Below, in pieces: positions 49,316 through 61,800 of a stretch of DNA of 64,000 nt; the first letter of the stretch is position 1; the number at the start of each line of letters is the position of its first letter. Under the pieces are notes generated by a model. It saw only the letters and a list, made by a program, of their open reading frames with translations, ran no database searches and had not been told where the DNA came from. A program made the position numbers and the translations under genes. Source of the stretch: Catajapyx aquilonaris (taxonomy: Eukaryota); contig KZ538119.1 in the NCBI GenBank assembly GCA_000934665.2, positions 1-64,000 of the forward strand. The letters are read 5' to 3'.

Positions 49316-50004
49316 CATGGGTTGTTTCATAAGTCATTGCATGTATTTTTTAATTAAAAAATGGTAACACATACAGAGATGAACTTTGCTAAATTTCGAA
49401 GCTCCGGTGATTACAATTTTATCTGGCATATGGATGTCGCCCATATCGCAAGGAGGCAGGGAAACAAAAGGTGATCGTGACCCCCGCACAGCACCATCAC
49501 CTGAAGACAGCTCCAGCCTGACGTGCTTGGAGCTGTTGGACGTTGCATGTGGGACACCCGGAGATGGACAACATTGGAGCTTGCTTTTGAGTGTGAGACA
49601 AGTCACACTACTATGCTTAGGACACTGAAAGAGGAAGTTGCCATCCTCACTGGTTCTTCACCACCTCTTTGAGGTGCAACAGTGCCACCATTTTGCCTTC
49701 CGCTTGCACCGGTGATAGTGCTCTGACTTGTCCCACACTCGAAAGCAAGCTGTCCATCTCCAAGTGTCCAGCATGCAGCGTCCAACAGCTCCAAGTGCGT
49801 CAGGCTCGGGCCATCTTAGGGCGATGGTGCAGTTGGGGGGTCGTGATCCCCTTATTTCCCTACCTCCCATGCAATACGGGCGACATCTATATGCCAGATC
49901 AAATTGTAATCGCCGGAGCTTCAAAACTCAGCAAAGGCCATCTCTGTATGTGTTAGCATTTTTGAATAAAAAAATACGTGCAATGACTTATGAAACAACC
50001 CACG
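49316..50004. mobile_element. ~690-bp palindromic TA-flanked element
   Basis: TA|catgggttgtttcataagtcattgca ... tgcaatgacttatgaaacaacccacg|TA; arms pair over ~290 bp. Confidence 0.85.
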
Positions 50005-50996
50005 TAATTCACTCTCTGGGTTGCCAAATGTTTATGCCTGGTTTACACTGGCCACCTACCACAGGGTTAGGAACCAAACCTCAAAAATTTTGATGGGTTC
50101 TAGCAAAAGCTGAGATTGAAATCTGAGTTGGTCCAACACTCGAACAAAACTCATGGTTGCCAGCAACAGCCGCGATGGTACAGCTGGCCCTAAGTGATTG
50201 CATTTGAGTTTGGACAGTATGGGATAGGAGTAAGATAAGATGGAGGGCCAGGACTCCCATCAGATATGACTTGAGTGTACAATCAGGTGACAACTGCATG
50301 TTTAAAGGTATGAATTGCGGGGAGGCGTGGTGTCCAAGCCATTAACGGCTCGGCTTGCTGAGCAGACGGTCCTGCGTTCAATGGCAACCTAACATCCTGG
50401 AGGACTACACATGACCTGTTTACCAACATTGCACTGGCACCCATGTCCCCTACCCAAAATTCCTATCCCTACCATACGTCCTTGATTCCTTGCACTGGAG
50501 ACTGAAGATAAAGGTGTATACAGAAAACTGATGGTGGTGTGCCACCCCCCAATAAGGGCATTGTTCTCGATCACGTGGTAAAATAAATAAATAAATTTTA
50601 AAAAAGTATTAATTTCAGGGAAAATGTGTTTGAATCTTGTTGAATCTGGCAGAGAAATGAAAATCAGAATATTCGACCCATACATTGCATGTAATTTAGC
50701 AGAGCAGTTACATCAGGTGCCATGTAATAGTGCTGCATTAATCTACAAATAGGCCTCATGAAAACCAGTAAAAGAAAAATATTTGAAAAATATTTTAATT
50801 CTGATCTGAATTCCAAAATCTTTTGCATAAAAGTTGCATACAAATTTAAGACATGATGAGAAAATTTCGTCATTATTTTATCGACAGCTTTGGATCTCCC
50901 ATGTTTAATTTATTAAAATTACTATGCAGAGAGCTGCATGCCAGGATAAAGTGAGCTCAACAAGAGAGCTGGATTACCCTGGGGAAGCAGCTATAG

Positions 50997-51043
50997 CCAT
51001 AAAAATTACACCACTTCATAATGAAGTGGTGTAATTTTTATGG
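50997..51043. repeat. Perfect hairpin with 23-bp arms and a 1-nt loop
   Basis: ccataaaaattacaccacttcat-a-atgaagtggtgtaatttttatgg. Confidence 0.9.
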
Positions 51044-51921
51044 TAATTTCATCCCTTTAAAATTATTTGATATATTAACTTTAAATGCTATTCAATGCCT
51101 ACAAATTCCGTTTGTGGAGTAGTGCCCTCCCTTGGGAACCCCCCCCCCCCCCCACAGAGGCCCAGGGTCCTATCACAGGGCATTAAAAACAAAACAAACC
51201 AACAAAACTCATACTCATGTGATCATTAAACCTCGAGAATACTGGGGGAAGGGTATGTTGTTGCAAGTTACAAAGTGATTAACAGGAGCCCAGAGCCCTT
51301 GCATTTGGCTGATGACTGAACGTATACAGGGCAATACTTTAGTACATGCATTTGACCCCTCAGAAGAAGAGTGATGTAGTTTTCATTTGGCATAGCTTTT
51401 GCTGGAAAAATGTAGGCAAAACCCAACTCTATACTGGCATATTCTACCTTCTAATGCCATGCTGGAATATCCTGAATGTGTGCATTCTCTGTAATCTCGT
51501 CACTTCTGTTTTTAGCAGCTGTTTTCCAGATAATTTGGTGCATCTTTTTGGCAGATTGGAAACCAGTGCTATAAAGTTTTATCAATCCTGTATTAAAAAT
51601 ATTGTGGCCACTTCTCTGATGTACACAAAGTGTACCATAATGCAGGTCCATTCGAGGTGAACTGAAGTTCATTTATAGTTGAAGAAATTTACTGATGTCT
51701 AGTGTGACAGAGGTTGAAGACTGCCTCAGTGACATCATCCACTTATGCCTTGAGCAGATTGTACAGGGCTTCTCATCCCACCCCGGTGCAGTGGTTTGGC
51801 TTTTTTATTTTAAATACTTCAGATTGTCTGCCAAATATGCCTGCAGATTCTGCATAAACAGTTTCAGGGACTATTGGGCCCAGTAATGAAAAGATCCATG
51901 AAGCCAATGTAACTTCATATA

Positions 51922-52327
51922 CAGGGTGTATACAAATAAACCTGCCAATATGATATGGGTGGTAGTGGATGCATATGGAAGAAGCATGACATGTGTCCGA
52001 AAGGCTGGCGTCGATCCATTTTGGAGATGTCTATGCTTCAACAACGACCATGTGCATCCTGACAAGTAGAAATACCCCCATGCATGCTTGCATTGTTGAT
52101 TTCCTGGGCCAGGGGCTCGCATTCCCAGACAGCTGCTCAACTGCCTGACTTCATCCTGACTGCCTGACTTCCGCAACCAGCGATGCAGGCATGCATGGAG
52201 GTATTCATACTTGTCAGGATAGTCATCGTCTACGTAGTCACCGATCATTCGGATCCTCACCATGCTTCTTCCATACGTACCCCCTACTACCCATACCATT
52301 TTGGAATATTTATTCGCATACACCCTG
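51922..52327 (-). mobile_element. Internally deleted Tc1-like element (TA TSD) with a decayed transposase N-terminal remnant
   Basis: TA|cagggtgtatacaaataaa ... tttattcgcatacaccctg|TA. The minus ORF YPDK...LHRWLRKSGS resembles the YP...L..RLRETGS HTH segment of Tc1-like transposases (recalled, not searched). Confidence 0.65.
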
Positions 52328-52632
52328 TATTTAGCAAATAAAATGACAATGCCACTTGCTTATTGTGGCATCACTGGCTGTCTCCACTCCTGAAGAGCCA
52401 TTTGCAGCAGATGGTAAATTTTTCCAGTCTTTGATATCCCTCAGAAAAACTGATAGCACCACCAGAATCAAGATTTTGTGAGATTTTGAGAGACCAACTT
52501 GCAAATCAAGTACATTACCCCATTAAAGTTTTATGGTGTTCTAATTTAATATTATGTAGACCAGTGCATCTGTAATTAACATTCAACTCTCTCATTTTAG
52601 GCACTCCTGAAGCAAGCCTGAAAGCTTCCACT

Positions 52633-55600
52633 ATGTCTCCTCCCAGCCTTCTCTGCTCAGTGTGCACATCTCCACAAGAGTCAGTTGCAAAACTCCACTT
52701 CCATCAAATTTGTACTCACAATTCAGAGGAACTCTCTTTGGCCCTGTTGAGCTTAAGGGGTCTAACCAACAGAAATGCCATATGTGGTCAGGGTGGAAGT
52801 TCGAATGCAGAAGAAAACAGGCTCATAATTGCAGGACTCACCAAATATCCACACTTTATATGTGACGAGGAAGAAGACGACAACAACTATGATGAAGATG
52901 CTGATTGTGACACCAGCAGTGAGGTAGAAGTATGTGAAGATGGCAGAAAGAAGAAAAAGAAGTGGAGGAAAAGGAAGAGTGGAAGTAGGAGTAATGAATC
53001 CAGTGAGGATGAAGATCCCTGTCCTAGCCGTGTTCAGGCACTCAAGGAACATGAAGCTGATAGTGCTGAAGTTTATGGCAAAAATGACAGTGGAAAAAAT
53101 ACAAAAAGGGTCCGTGAGAAAGGCGAGGGATCCAGTGTCACAAAACATGGCAATCCTTCTGCCTCATGTGACAACAGCGTAATAGCTAATGGCAGTGATA
53201 CTGAGGATATTGAAGTTGATGTCACTAATACTGATGATGATGATGATGATGATGTCATGGGAATTTATGCTTCCCGAGAAATTATTGAAAAGGATCTCTC
53301 TCTAGAAATAGTCAAACCAGAAGTGACTCCCAAGTCAAACAAGAAAAGGCATACAGAAATGACAAGATCTCCAGATGAAAACACCACCCTCTACATGACC
53401 TGCCAGAGTGAGACTGAGCCTGGTAACTAATGTGTACTTAGCATAGAAATTGAGCCCATACACCTTAATTGTTAGAAATACATGCGAATTTTGTTGCCAA
53501 TTTTATGCTGGGCTGGTGAGTGGGAATGTTCATCTCTTGAGTGTTTGGGTAAATGTGTATAAAATAATTAACATAGCTATTCAGATGCTTTGCGTATGCA
53601 TGCAGATTATTAGCTGATTTTCTTTTTACATCTATACATCTGTTAAATGATGTTCAGTGGATGACAATGATGAACTATTATTCATGTTAGCTTTACTATA
53701 AAATAATAGCTTGTATATGTTTGTTGAAGTCTCGATTTAAAATTGCAACTGTCCATGTAAACATAAACCTAGAGGCCATAGGGCTTTCACCACTTTTGCC
53801 CACAAGAGTTGGTACTGAAGAATAGAAAAGCTATCCATGACGTTCCCGAAGGGGAGAAAAAAAAAAAATCCACGTCTGCCTTGAACAAAGCAAAGCATTT
53901 CTTAGTTTGAATTGTTTAGATACACTTACTCATTTGACAGTTGCAATTTTGCAGATATATCTGGCAGTTAATCAGGGAGGAAAATGGTGTTACGCTGATT
54001 TTAATCATAATGGTTCTAATTTACAAATGACAAAACACATGACATGATGCCAGTCTCAGGCATTATGAGATTTCATTCTGAGTTGGCCTGGTTTGATATC
54101 AACATGAATTTCATTGTAGTTCTTAATAACTCTCTGACGAGGCATTCAAACCTCTTGCATTTTAGTACACCTTGTGTGTGAGCTGAAGAGCCTTGCCTAA
54201 TATATTGTCTTTGGATTGCAGACACGGAAGCAGTGGCAAACACGCCAGGTGCAGCAGTGGCATCTGTCCCATCAGCTGTGGAACCCATTTGCCGTACCTC
54301 AAAACGCAAGCGCAAAGTCCCACAGAAGGTATTGAATGCTGATCTTCCAGCTAGACTAATAGCCCGACTGACTCGGGTAAATGCCGCCTCAGCATCTCCT
54401 TCACCTCAAAGTCCTAAAAAAGCACATGGGACCTCCCCTGGCACCCGCTTGCGAACTCCTCCATCTCCCTTGTCCCCCTCAACCCCACCCACTGTAAAGC
54501 GACCCCATGTGAAGGCACTCATTTCCAACATTCCTGGCATACTTAACCTGGATTCACATGGTAGAAAACGGAAGGGAGGACAAGACTTCATCATTCCATC
54601 TCCTGTTCAGCAGCATCACCTCTCGCAGGTTGCATATGACTATGGGACTGTTCTTGTCAAGAAGGAGCCTACCTCTGATGCTAGTGACCTAGGTAAGCAA
54701 TTCCAACCTGCCGAGGTTACATTGTATTACTGTATTACTTGAATCTTAAGTTTCACCCCTAATTGTAAGTTTAGTCAAATTTTGTTAAAAATACAGTACC
54801 TGATTCTAAGATGCACCCTATGTTTTCAGCGTTTACTGCAGACAAAGTGCATCTTAGATTTGAGTACCGGGGGGGGGGGGGGGGGGGGGGGGGAAGTCAA
54901 CAAACAAGCTCGTGANTGTTGGCTAACAGGACTTTTTCATCACATTTCTCACACTGCTTAAATACCTCACCCAAAAACACACACACACACGGAGGCGCGC
55001 ATTCCTATCCTTGTGAGGTTTTCCCAAAATTTAAAATTTAAAACTAACCTAACCTACAAGGAAACACATGAAATTTTGGTGAAATATATTTTTACTGTCT
55101 TTATGAGGTATTTTTCCCTATCCTTGTGAGGCGTGTGTTCACTATGAGGTACAGGAAAACTACCTCGTAATGACAAAATTCCTCACAAGGATAGGAAAAA
55201 CGCGAAAAAAAATTCTCACAAGGATAGCAATGCGCGCCCACACACTTTCGAAAAATATATGAAAATGGAAGTATTATTTACAGAGATAGATTCCTCTGCA
55301 AAATTGTGATTTTGCTTTATCCACATTGGAACTTAGCGATCTGTGGGGGAGTAAAATGGCAAAAGCATACCCATCATTTGGTTCTCAAAATTGAAATTGT
55401 TCTAACCTAAACTGTGAAGCTAAAAGTCTAACTTGTTGCTGTATGAATTTTTATTTCTAATGCAGATCATAAATTCCACAACACATGTGATGCAAGTAAT
55501 ATGTAAAATCTGAAAAATGTAATTTCTGAGGCAATTTCCCTTGGGAATATGTAAGAGAGCATGTGCATAAGTGACTCATGTATTGCTTAACCTTGACCAA

Positions 55601-58600
55601 AGTCATTTGATTGCACATGTAATTTATATTTTAAAATATCATAGCAGCACTGTATTCGTGTCTTGTGCACTCAGCGCACTTTTCATTTGATGTTAATTTC
55701 AAATGGTGGGTTACTCAAAATAAGAAATTAATCCTGAAACCTTTCTGTTTATATCAGATCTAGAGTTTGAGGAGTTCCGCATGGATGAGATGTTTGAGCC
55801 AAAGGTTGAGCTTAAACTGGAGGAACCTGAGACAGCGGATGCCTCTTGCGGCACTACTGACAAACGAATGTTTGCCAACACTTCCTGCAGTACAGACCGT
55901 ATCAAGAATCTGGACCGAAGTAGCCAAACTTCCAAGGCTCGACGTTCTCGTCACAGTGAAGCAGGCATCCAAACAGACTTGGCTGGCCTAGATATGCTGT
56001 TTGGGTTACTAACTTCAACTCAGGGACCAGGAGGGAGTAGGAGACCAAGTCAGACATCCAGTAACATAGCCGAGGGAGTTAAAATGCGGACTGGTCGCAA
56101 GCCAAAACGATGGGTGACTTCCAAGTATAAAGGGGCCTCTGCATCTGAGATTGCAGCAAGGGCAGTACCTCAGAACTTTCCACCAACCTCATCACAAGGG
56201 CATGAATCTGCCTTTTTGCCCCTGGCATTGCAAGGCCAGTTGCTATCTGGTGAACGTCGCTTCTATTGTGAAGAGTGTGGAAAAGGATACAAAAAGAAGT
56301 CACATCTGGAGCGTCACTTGCGAGTACATACTGGAGAGAGGCCATATTCCTGTGAGGTAAGCATATGTCATTATATTATGAATTTGTGACAATTTTCATA
56401 TTAGTTCATTATTGCCTAATTGAGCAGTGTAGTGGCATGGGTAGTTTTTGTTCTTGTCACTGACATTTGAGTTTTATCCCTGAATCGAATTGTGGATTAT
56501 AGGGCATGCAGTGTATTTAACAGTTGAAAAAAAAAATTATTATTATTAGAGTAACCATGAGTGAAATGGGCTACAATTTACAAGCTGATAAAGTGTAGCA
56601 TGAGTAAGGGACAACGGCAGAGCAGGAATAATTGAATCATGGAAATCAAAACAATGCTATGTTGCATATTCAATTCAAAACAAACTTTACCTTATTGAAC
56701 AAAGGCGATAATGACGAAAATATGGATGCGTGATATTGGTATCCACGGAAAGATGCAGCAAAACTGTTGACATACTAAGTTGTAAGACCCCCTCGAGTTG
56801 AACGACGACTGAATGGCAAGCGATAGTTTGACACACACACACACACACACACACACTCTTGTCTTGACTAAGGCGTGGGGACGGACATTGATCACTTTTC
56901 ACTGCGAGTGTTAACTGATCTAACCTAACCTAACCTTACCTAACCTATCCTACCTAACCTACCCTACCTAACCTACCCTACCCTAAGTAACCTAGGCTGA
57001 GAAAAATGGACTTTTGTGAAAACCTACAAATGAAAATAGTGGGGACATGTCCCCACTAATTTACACATGTCCCCACTGTAATGGTACACTTCGCGTGTGT
57101 GAGCCTGTGGGGACCGACAAATGTCCCCACAATTGGAAGTGGTCCCCACAGCTACAGTAAAACCACACACTTCCGTCCCCAGACCTTAGTCAAGACCTGA
57201 TCACACACACACACATGCCAAAAAAAACATAGCGCTGTTTGGATTTCCACAACGTTGTGGAATGTAAACCACACTAAGTTGAGCAAAAATCAAATTTATG
57301 GTGCACGTAACTTGTAATTATATTTACAGAATAGAGTGCTGGAAAAATAGTTCCGGCGACACTGAACCCATAACGGATGGCTTGACGCTCGTAGCTCAAG
57401 CGCTACTTCACTACGAGCATAGCGCAGTTTTATGTTCCATGGAATGTCAAGTGAAAGGGGGAAATGAGTGGACCTAGGAATAGCATGGAATCTAGGTACA
57501 CTGGGATCCCGATTCCTTCGGTCCAGTGACACATGAGGTCTTCTAAATACTTAGATGTGTCGCATATTAGGACCTACATTCCGTGCACTTCCTTGATCCA
57601 TTCATGTTCCTTTTCTCATTTCATATTTTCATATTCCATGGAACCTAAAACTGCACTATGTTCGGGGTGAGTTCAGTTTCGCCTGAACTATTTTTTCTGC
57701 TCTATTCTGCAAATCATAATTGCGAGTTGCATGCGTGCACCATAAGTGTGATTTTTGCTCAATTTCAGTGTGATTTTATGTTCCACAACAGTGCGGAAAT
57801 CAAAACCGTGCTATGTTTTTTTTTTTGCCTCCGTGGGGGATCAAACTGTCGCGTGCCATTCAGTCATCGTTCAACTCAAGCGGGTCGAACCACCTGGTAT
57901 GTGGACAGTTTCGGCACAACTTTTCGTGGATACTGCTATCACACAATCATGTGCAATCCGTTTTTTTTTGTTGTTGTTGTTGTTGTTATAGACTTTGTTC
58001 AATAAGGTTGAGATTTGCAAATCTTAAAAATGCAACATAGCTCGTTTTGATTTCCATGATTCAATAGAGAAAAGGGATGATAAAAAAACATTCCCTGTCA
58101 CCAACAGCCAGTGCAGTGGCCCAACCTGCTTGGCCAAATGGTCCATGTGGCCAATAGACTGTTAACATAATCATTATGGACTCCACATTAAAACCCATTG
58201 GCATATACACTGGTGTTCATAAAATCACCCATTACATATGAGGGCAAATCAAATAGCATGATCACTTGAATGCTCCTGTCTAATTACAAATTTGCATACA
58301 ATTACAGGTTTGTGGGAAGCGATTTGCAGTTCGATCTGTGCTGAAGCAGCATGTGCGGATCCATACAGGAGAGAAACCGTTTGCCTGCAGCATCTGCCAC
58401 CAGCGATTCCCACAGAAGAGTGGCTTAATGACACACATGATGCTGCATACTGGCAAGCCATTTAAGTGTGACAGGTGTGATAAAGCTTTTGTGTCCAATC
58501 ACAAACTTCTTCATCATCTAAACTCACACAATGGAGAGCGCCCATTCAACTGTGCATATTGCAACACTGGGTTCTTCAGTGAGAAGAGTCTGACTGACCA

Positions 58601-58802
58601 CATCAAGATCCATAGCCGGGAAAGGACATTTGTATGTTCAATCTGTTCTTCGTCATTCATTCATGAGGTCTACCTGAAGGTGCACCTCGAGGATCACCTC
58701 CGCAAGGGAAAGGCAACCATACGTAATACGCTGATCAACAAGAAACAAAGGTTGGATGCTATTGAGTTTCTCGATGGTGAAATCATTTCAGAGTCTGAGT
58801 GA
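52633..58802 (+). CDS. C2H2 zinc-finger protein (one N-terminal finger plus six C-terminal fingers), >=784 aa
   Basis: Exons: 52633(acceptor 52601)-53422, 54222-54692, 55758-56356, 58308-58802; phases are consistent. Six tandem fingers have TGERP/TGEKP-type linkers, and the N-terminus has CSVC-x12-H-x4-H. The frame is open back to the 52601 acceptor, so an upstream coding exon (e.g. 48088-48184) is possible. Confidence 0.88.
54977..55245. mobile_element. (CA)n-flanked TIR element with subterminal atccttgtgagg repeats
   Basis: (CA)n-ggaggcgcgcattcctatccttgtgag ... ctcacaaggatagcaatgcgcgcc-(CA)n; internal ctaacctaacct. Confidence 0.75.
56631..58065. mobile_element. ~1.4-kb foldback/palindromic element with a nested insertion
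   Basis: attgaatcatggaaatcaaaac ... gttttgatttccatgattcaat; arms pair along their length to a centre near 57550; the left arm is interrupted at 56831-57215. Confidence 0.8.
56831..57215. mobile_element. Nested (CA)n-flanked TIR element with a (CCTAA)n-like tract and gtggggac/gtccccac repeats
   Basis: (CA)n-tcttgtcttgactaaggcgtggggacgga ... tccgtccccagaccttagtcaagac-ctgat-(CA)n; degenerate CCTAA array at 56920-56993. Confidence 0.8.
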
Positions 58803-61800
58803 AAATTGGAGCTTCTCAGAAGGACTTGGCAGAAAATAACGTAACGATCACCTGCCAGAATGAAGAATAGTTATATCATGCAACTTGTTCTAATTAGATG
58901 TGATACCAGACCCAATTAAAGCAACTTTGACCAACTAGACATCTTAGCAAGACACATGGACTGAACACACAAGGATCTCTGGTACTAACACCATGGACTT
59001 AGGTATTTTGGCACATCTTGCATCGTTAAAGCACTGTAGCAGGTAACTAATGGGAATGAATATTATGGTGAACCAACTTCATAAGAATATGAAAGTTGGT
59101 TATGTATTGTTTGATGGTTGCAGGGAAGTACTGTAATGGTATTACGTGCTTCACAGCCGGAGATCTGCAAATTATGAAATTACATGGATGTGTAATGCGA
59201 TGTATAAATTGCTGATTTCAATTTCTCCAAGGGTACTTCTCTGTAATCCATTAATTATGCCTGCAATTACCTTTGCATTCATCATACTTGTAAATTTTCT
59301 TATTACTGTTATTCATGGAGAACAATTTCAATAACATTCAACTAGAGAGTTTCATTTTTTTGTTCAATCACGATTATGATAAATGCATTTAGTTTGCTTT
59401 ACTGTCAGTATATCTGACTGCATATTACTAATTTTCTGAGGTAACTGCAAAACCAAAAAAAAGTTTAATAATTTGCAATTACAAGTATTGAGAACCACTT
59501 GTAGCATTTTGTAAATGCTAATTCTTCTGTTAATTATGCGGACATTTTTGGATGAATTGATGTAATTTTGCAAATATTGTTTATTTTGCAACAGTTTGTA
59601 GTTTCTATTACCAGTTTGTAGTGTTAATTTAGTCCTGTACCATTTTGGCATGCTAATAAAGTTTGTCACTTCTTGCATACCAGCTGCACTGTTTGACATT
59701 GATTTGTGTTGAATCTAATCTCAAGGGCGTTTCATGGTCCACCTAAATTATGCAATGAGGATTATTATCAACGCAAAATTATCTCATTAATGCCTCCCAA
59801 CTTCTGTTGCTTCATTTGACTTGCCAATGTAACATAGAAAACCCTGCAAGCGGCAAGCTTTCATCCAATTAATTGTGGGCACTTGTTGGAATCCCTTGCC
59901 AATATCTTTGCATGCGAGTCTTCATTGGTGACAACAATTTTTACCCTGCCAGTAGAGAATTAAAGTTACATAATACGATCAGGCGATTTCAGACATCAAT
60001 GCGAGACAGGCTGGAAAAATTATAGGTGCAATCTGGTGGGGAAAAAATACGGACGTCACAGCAGATTCTAGAATTAATCAGGCAAAGCAAGGACAAGGAA
60101 GTATTTTTTATGAGCCAATTTTTTTTATCATGTCTCGTGTGTCCTCGTCCTGACTCTTTGCAATTACCACCTGGTCGCAAGTGATTATAACTAAAAATAT
60201 GATAAGACCATCAGGCTTAAAACGAGTTTGCGGCATCTATAGAAGTGTGACGTACACTGTATACACCCAAAGCTGCAAACATACTGTACAAAGGTTGATA
60301 TATGTGATGCCTGTCTGTCTCGTTATTTTTGACTGAATGGACATCATTGGACTGTACATGGATATATCAAGCTGCATATCCCAATTAGGGAACCAAAGCA
60401 ATCTAGCCTGAAGGCATCAGACGTGGCGTAGAGAGGACTTTGCATATTTTTTTGTCAAGTTAGTGCTGCTTACGCAAGTAAATTGTGCAGTATTACTCTC
60501 GACGAATTGGTGAAGGCATGGAAGAGCGTCAGTGTTGGAGGTCGCGAGGTGGGGGGCCGGGGGGTGTTGGGAGAAGAGAGGTTGCGCCACTTTTTTGAAG
60601 GATGTACAAAGATCAGTGAGTGTTGTTGGTACAGCGGCAATCTTGTGACAGAAGGACCGATGGATGCTGCTGCTTGATCTTGCTCAGCCATAATTGATTG
60701 TCACATCTAGGAGCTACCTGGTAAGAAAATACGTATACAATATTTGTGTTGTACAATCTATACGTAATGAGGCCATAACATTCAAGCTCGGCCATCAACA
60801 GCTCGTTTAGCTAATTGCAACTCGTGCTGAGAAGCAGTCATCAGGTGACGCCGGTGATTCCCCTACCTTGAAATTATTGTCGACAAAGGGCATAACTTAT
60901 GTAGGTGGGGTGTAACTAAGCGCGATGATTATCTCAGCAATCAGTACGCTGCTATAGGAGATAATTGCGACACCATCTCTCAGATTGGTTTTTCCTTCCT
61001 CCTTCAAAGCTATAGGACGGAAGAAGCATTATTACAGCAACTGTTGATAAGCTACATCAGCTGTTGAGAGATGTCCTTTCAATGTGAAACAACATGAGTT
61101 AAATGGCAGCGAAATATAGTCCATGCACTTCCTCTGTATCTCCGCTCGAGTACCAGGTAGTTGTTATGAAGCTGACCAATGCTGCTGACCATAGATGGTG
61201 AACAATTAAATAAAAAATTTCTTGTTTTCCGTATCTTTCCTGGCTGATTGATGAAGGCCATCATGAGTTAAACGATTAGTGTGTAGTCTCATTGCATGTA
61301 ACATATAATTATTATCCATCACTGGTGAGCCAAGATATATTTTTAAAGGCGTGTTATAGGAATAGGAAATGGTTGAACTTTTTGCTGCAAACTTTCTGGA
61401 GTTTCTGCATTCAGCTTTATACTGTACTATGCAGCAGGCGCCGTCTGATTCAGGTCAAGTGTCAGGGACACGAAGCATTCAAAAAAAACTAGCGCCATGC
61501 ATTTTGCCTGTGCTGTTTTTTGTCAGCTTCACGTATGTGACCGACATGACATACTTGCCGGGTCCTAGGGGACATAGTTATGCCAGCCAAGGTGGAGATT
61601 CATATCCCGTCTCCGTCACCTTCACTTAGTCCGGTGAAATTGTAGTCTAATATGTACAGTACTACCGGTACCGGTACTCAATTATTATAGTAGGCCTGTT
61701 TTCAAAACATTCATACAGTAATGGAAAGAGTCGGGAAAACAATTTTCTCCCATTTATTTTGCAATTGAGAGGTGTTGACACTTGACATATTATGTGATTC

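Noticed and set aside
54869..54916. Long G homopolymer as a G-quadruplex element
   Set aside because: Adjacent to an N base; the length is likely unreliable and nothing supports a function.
56920..56993. True telomere or chromosome-fusion scar
   Set aside because: Short, degenerate and embedded within a TIR element.
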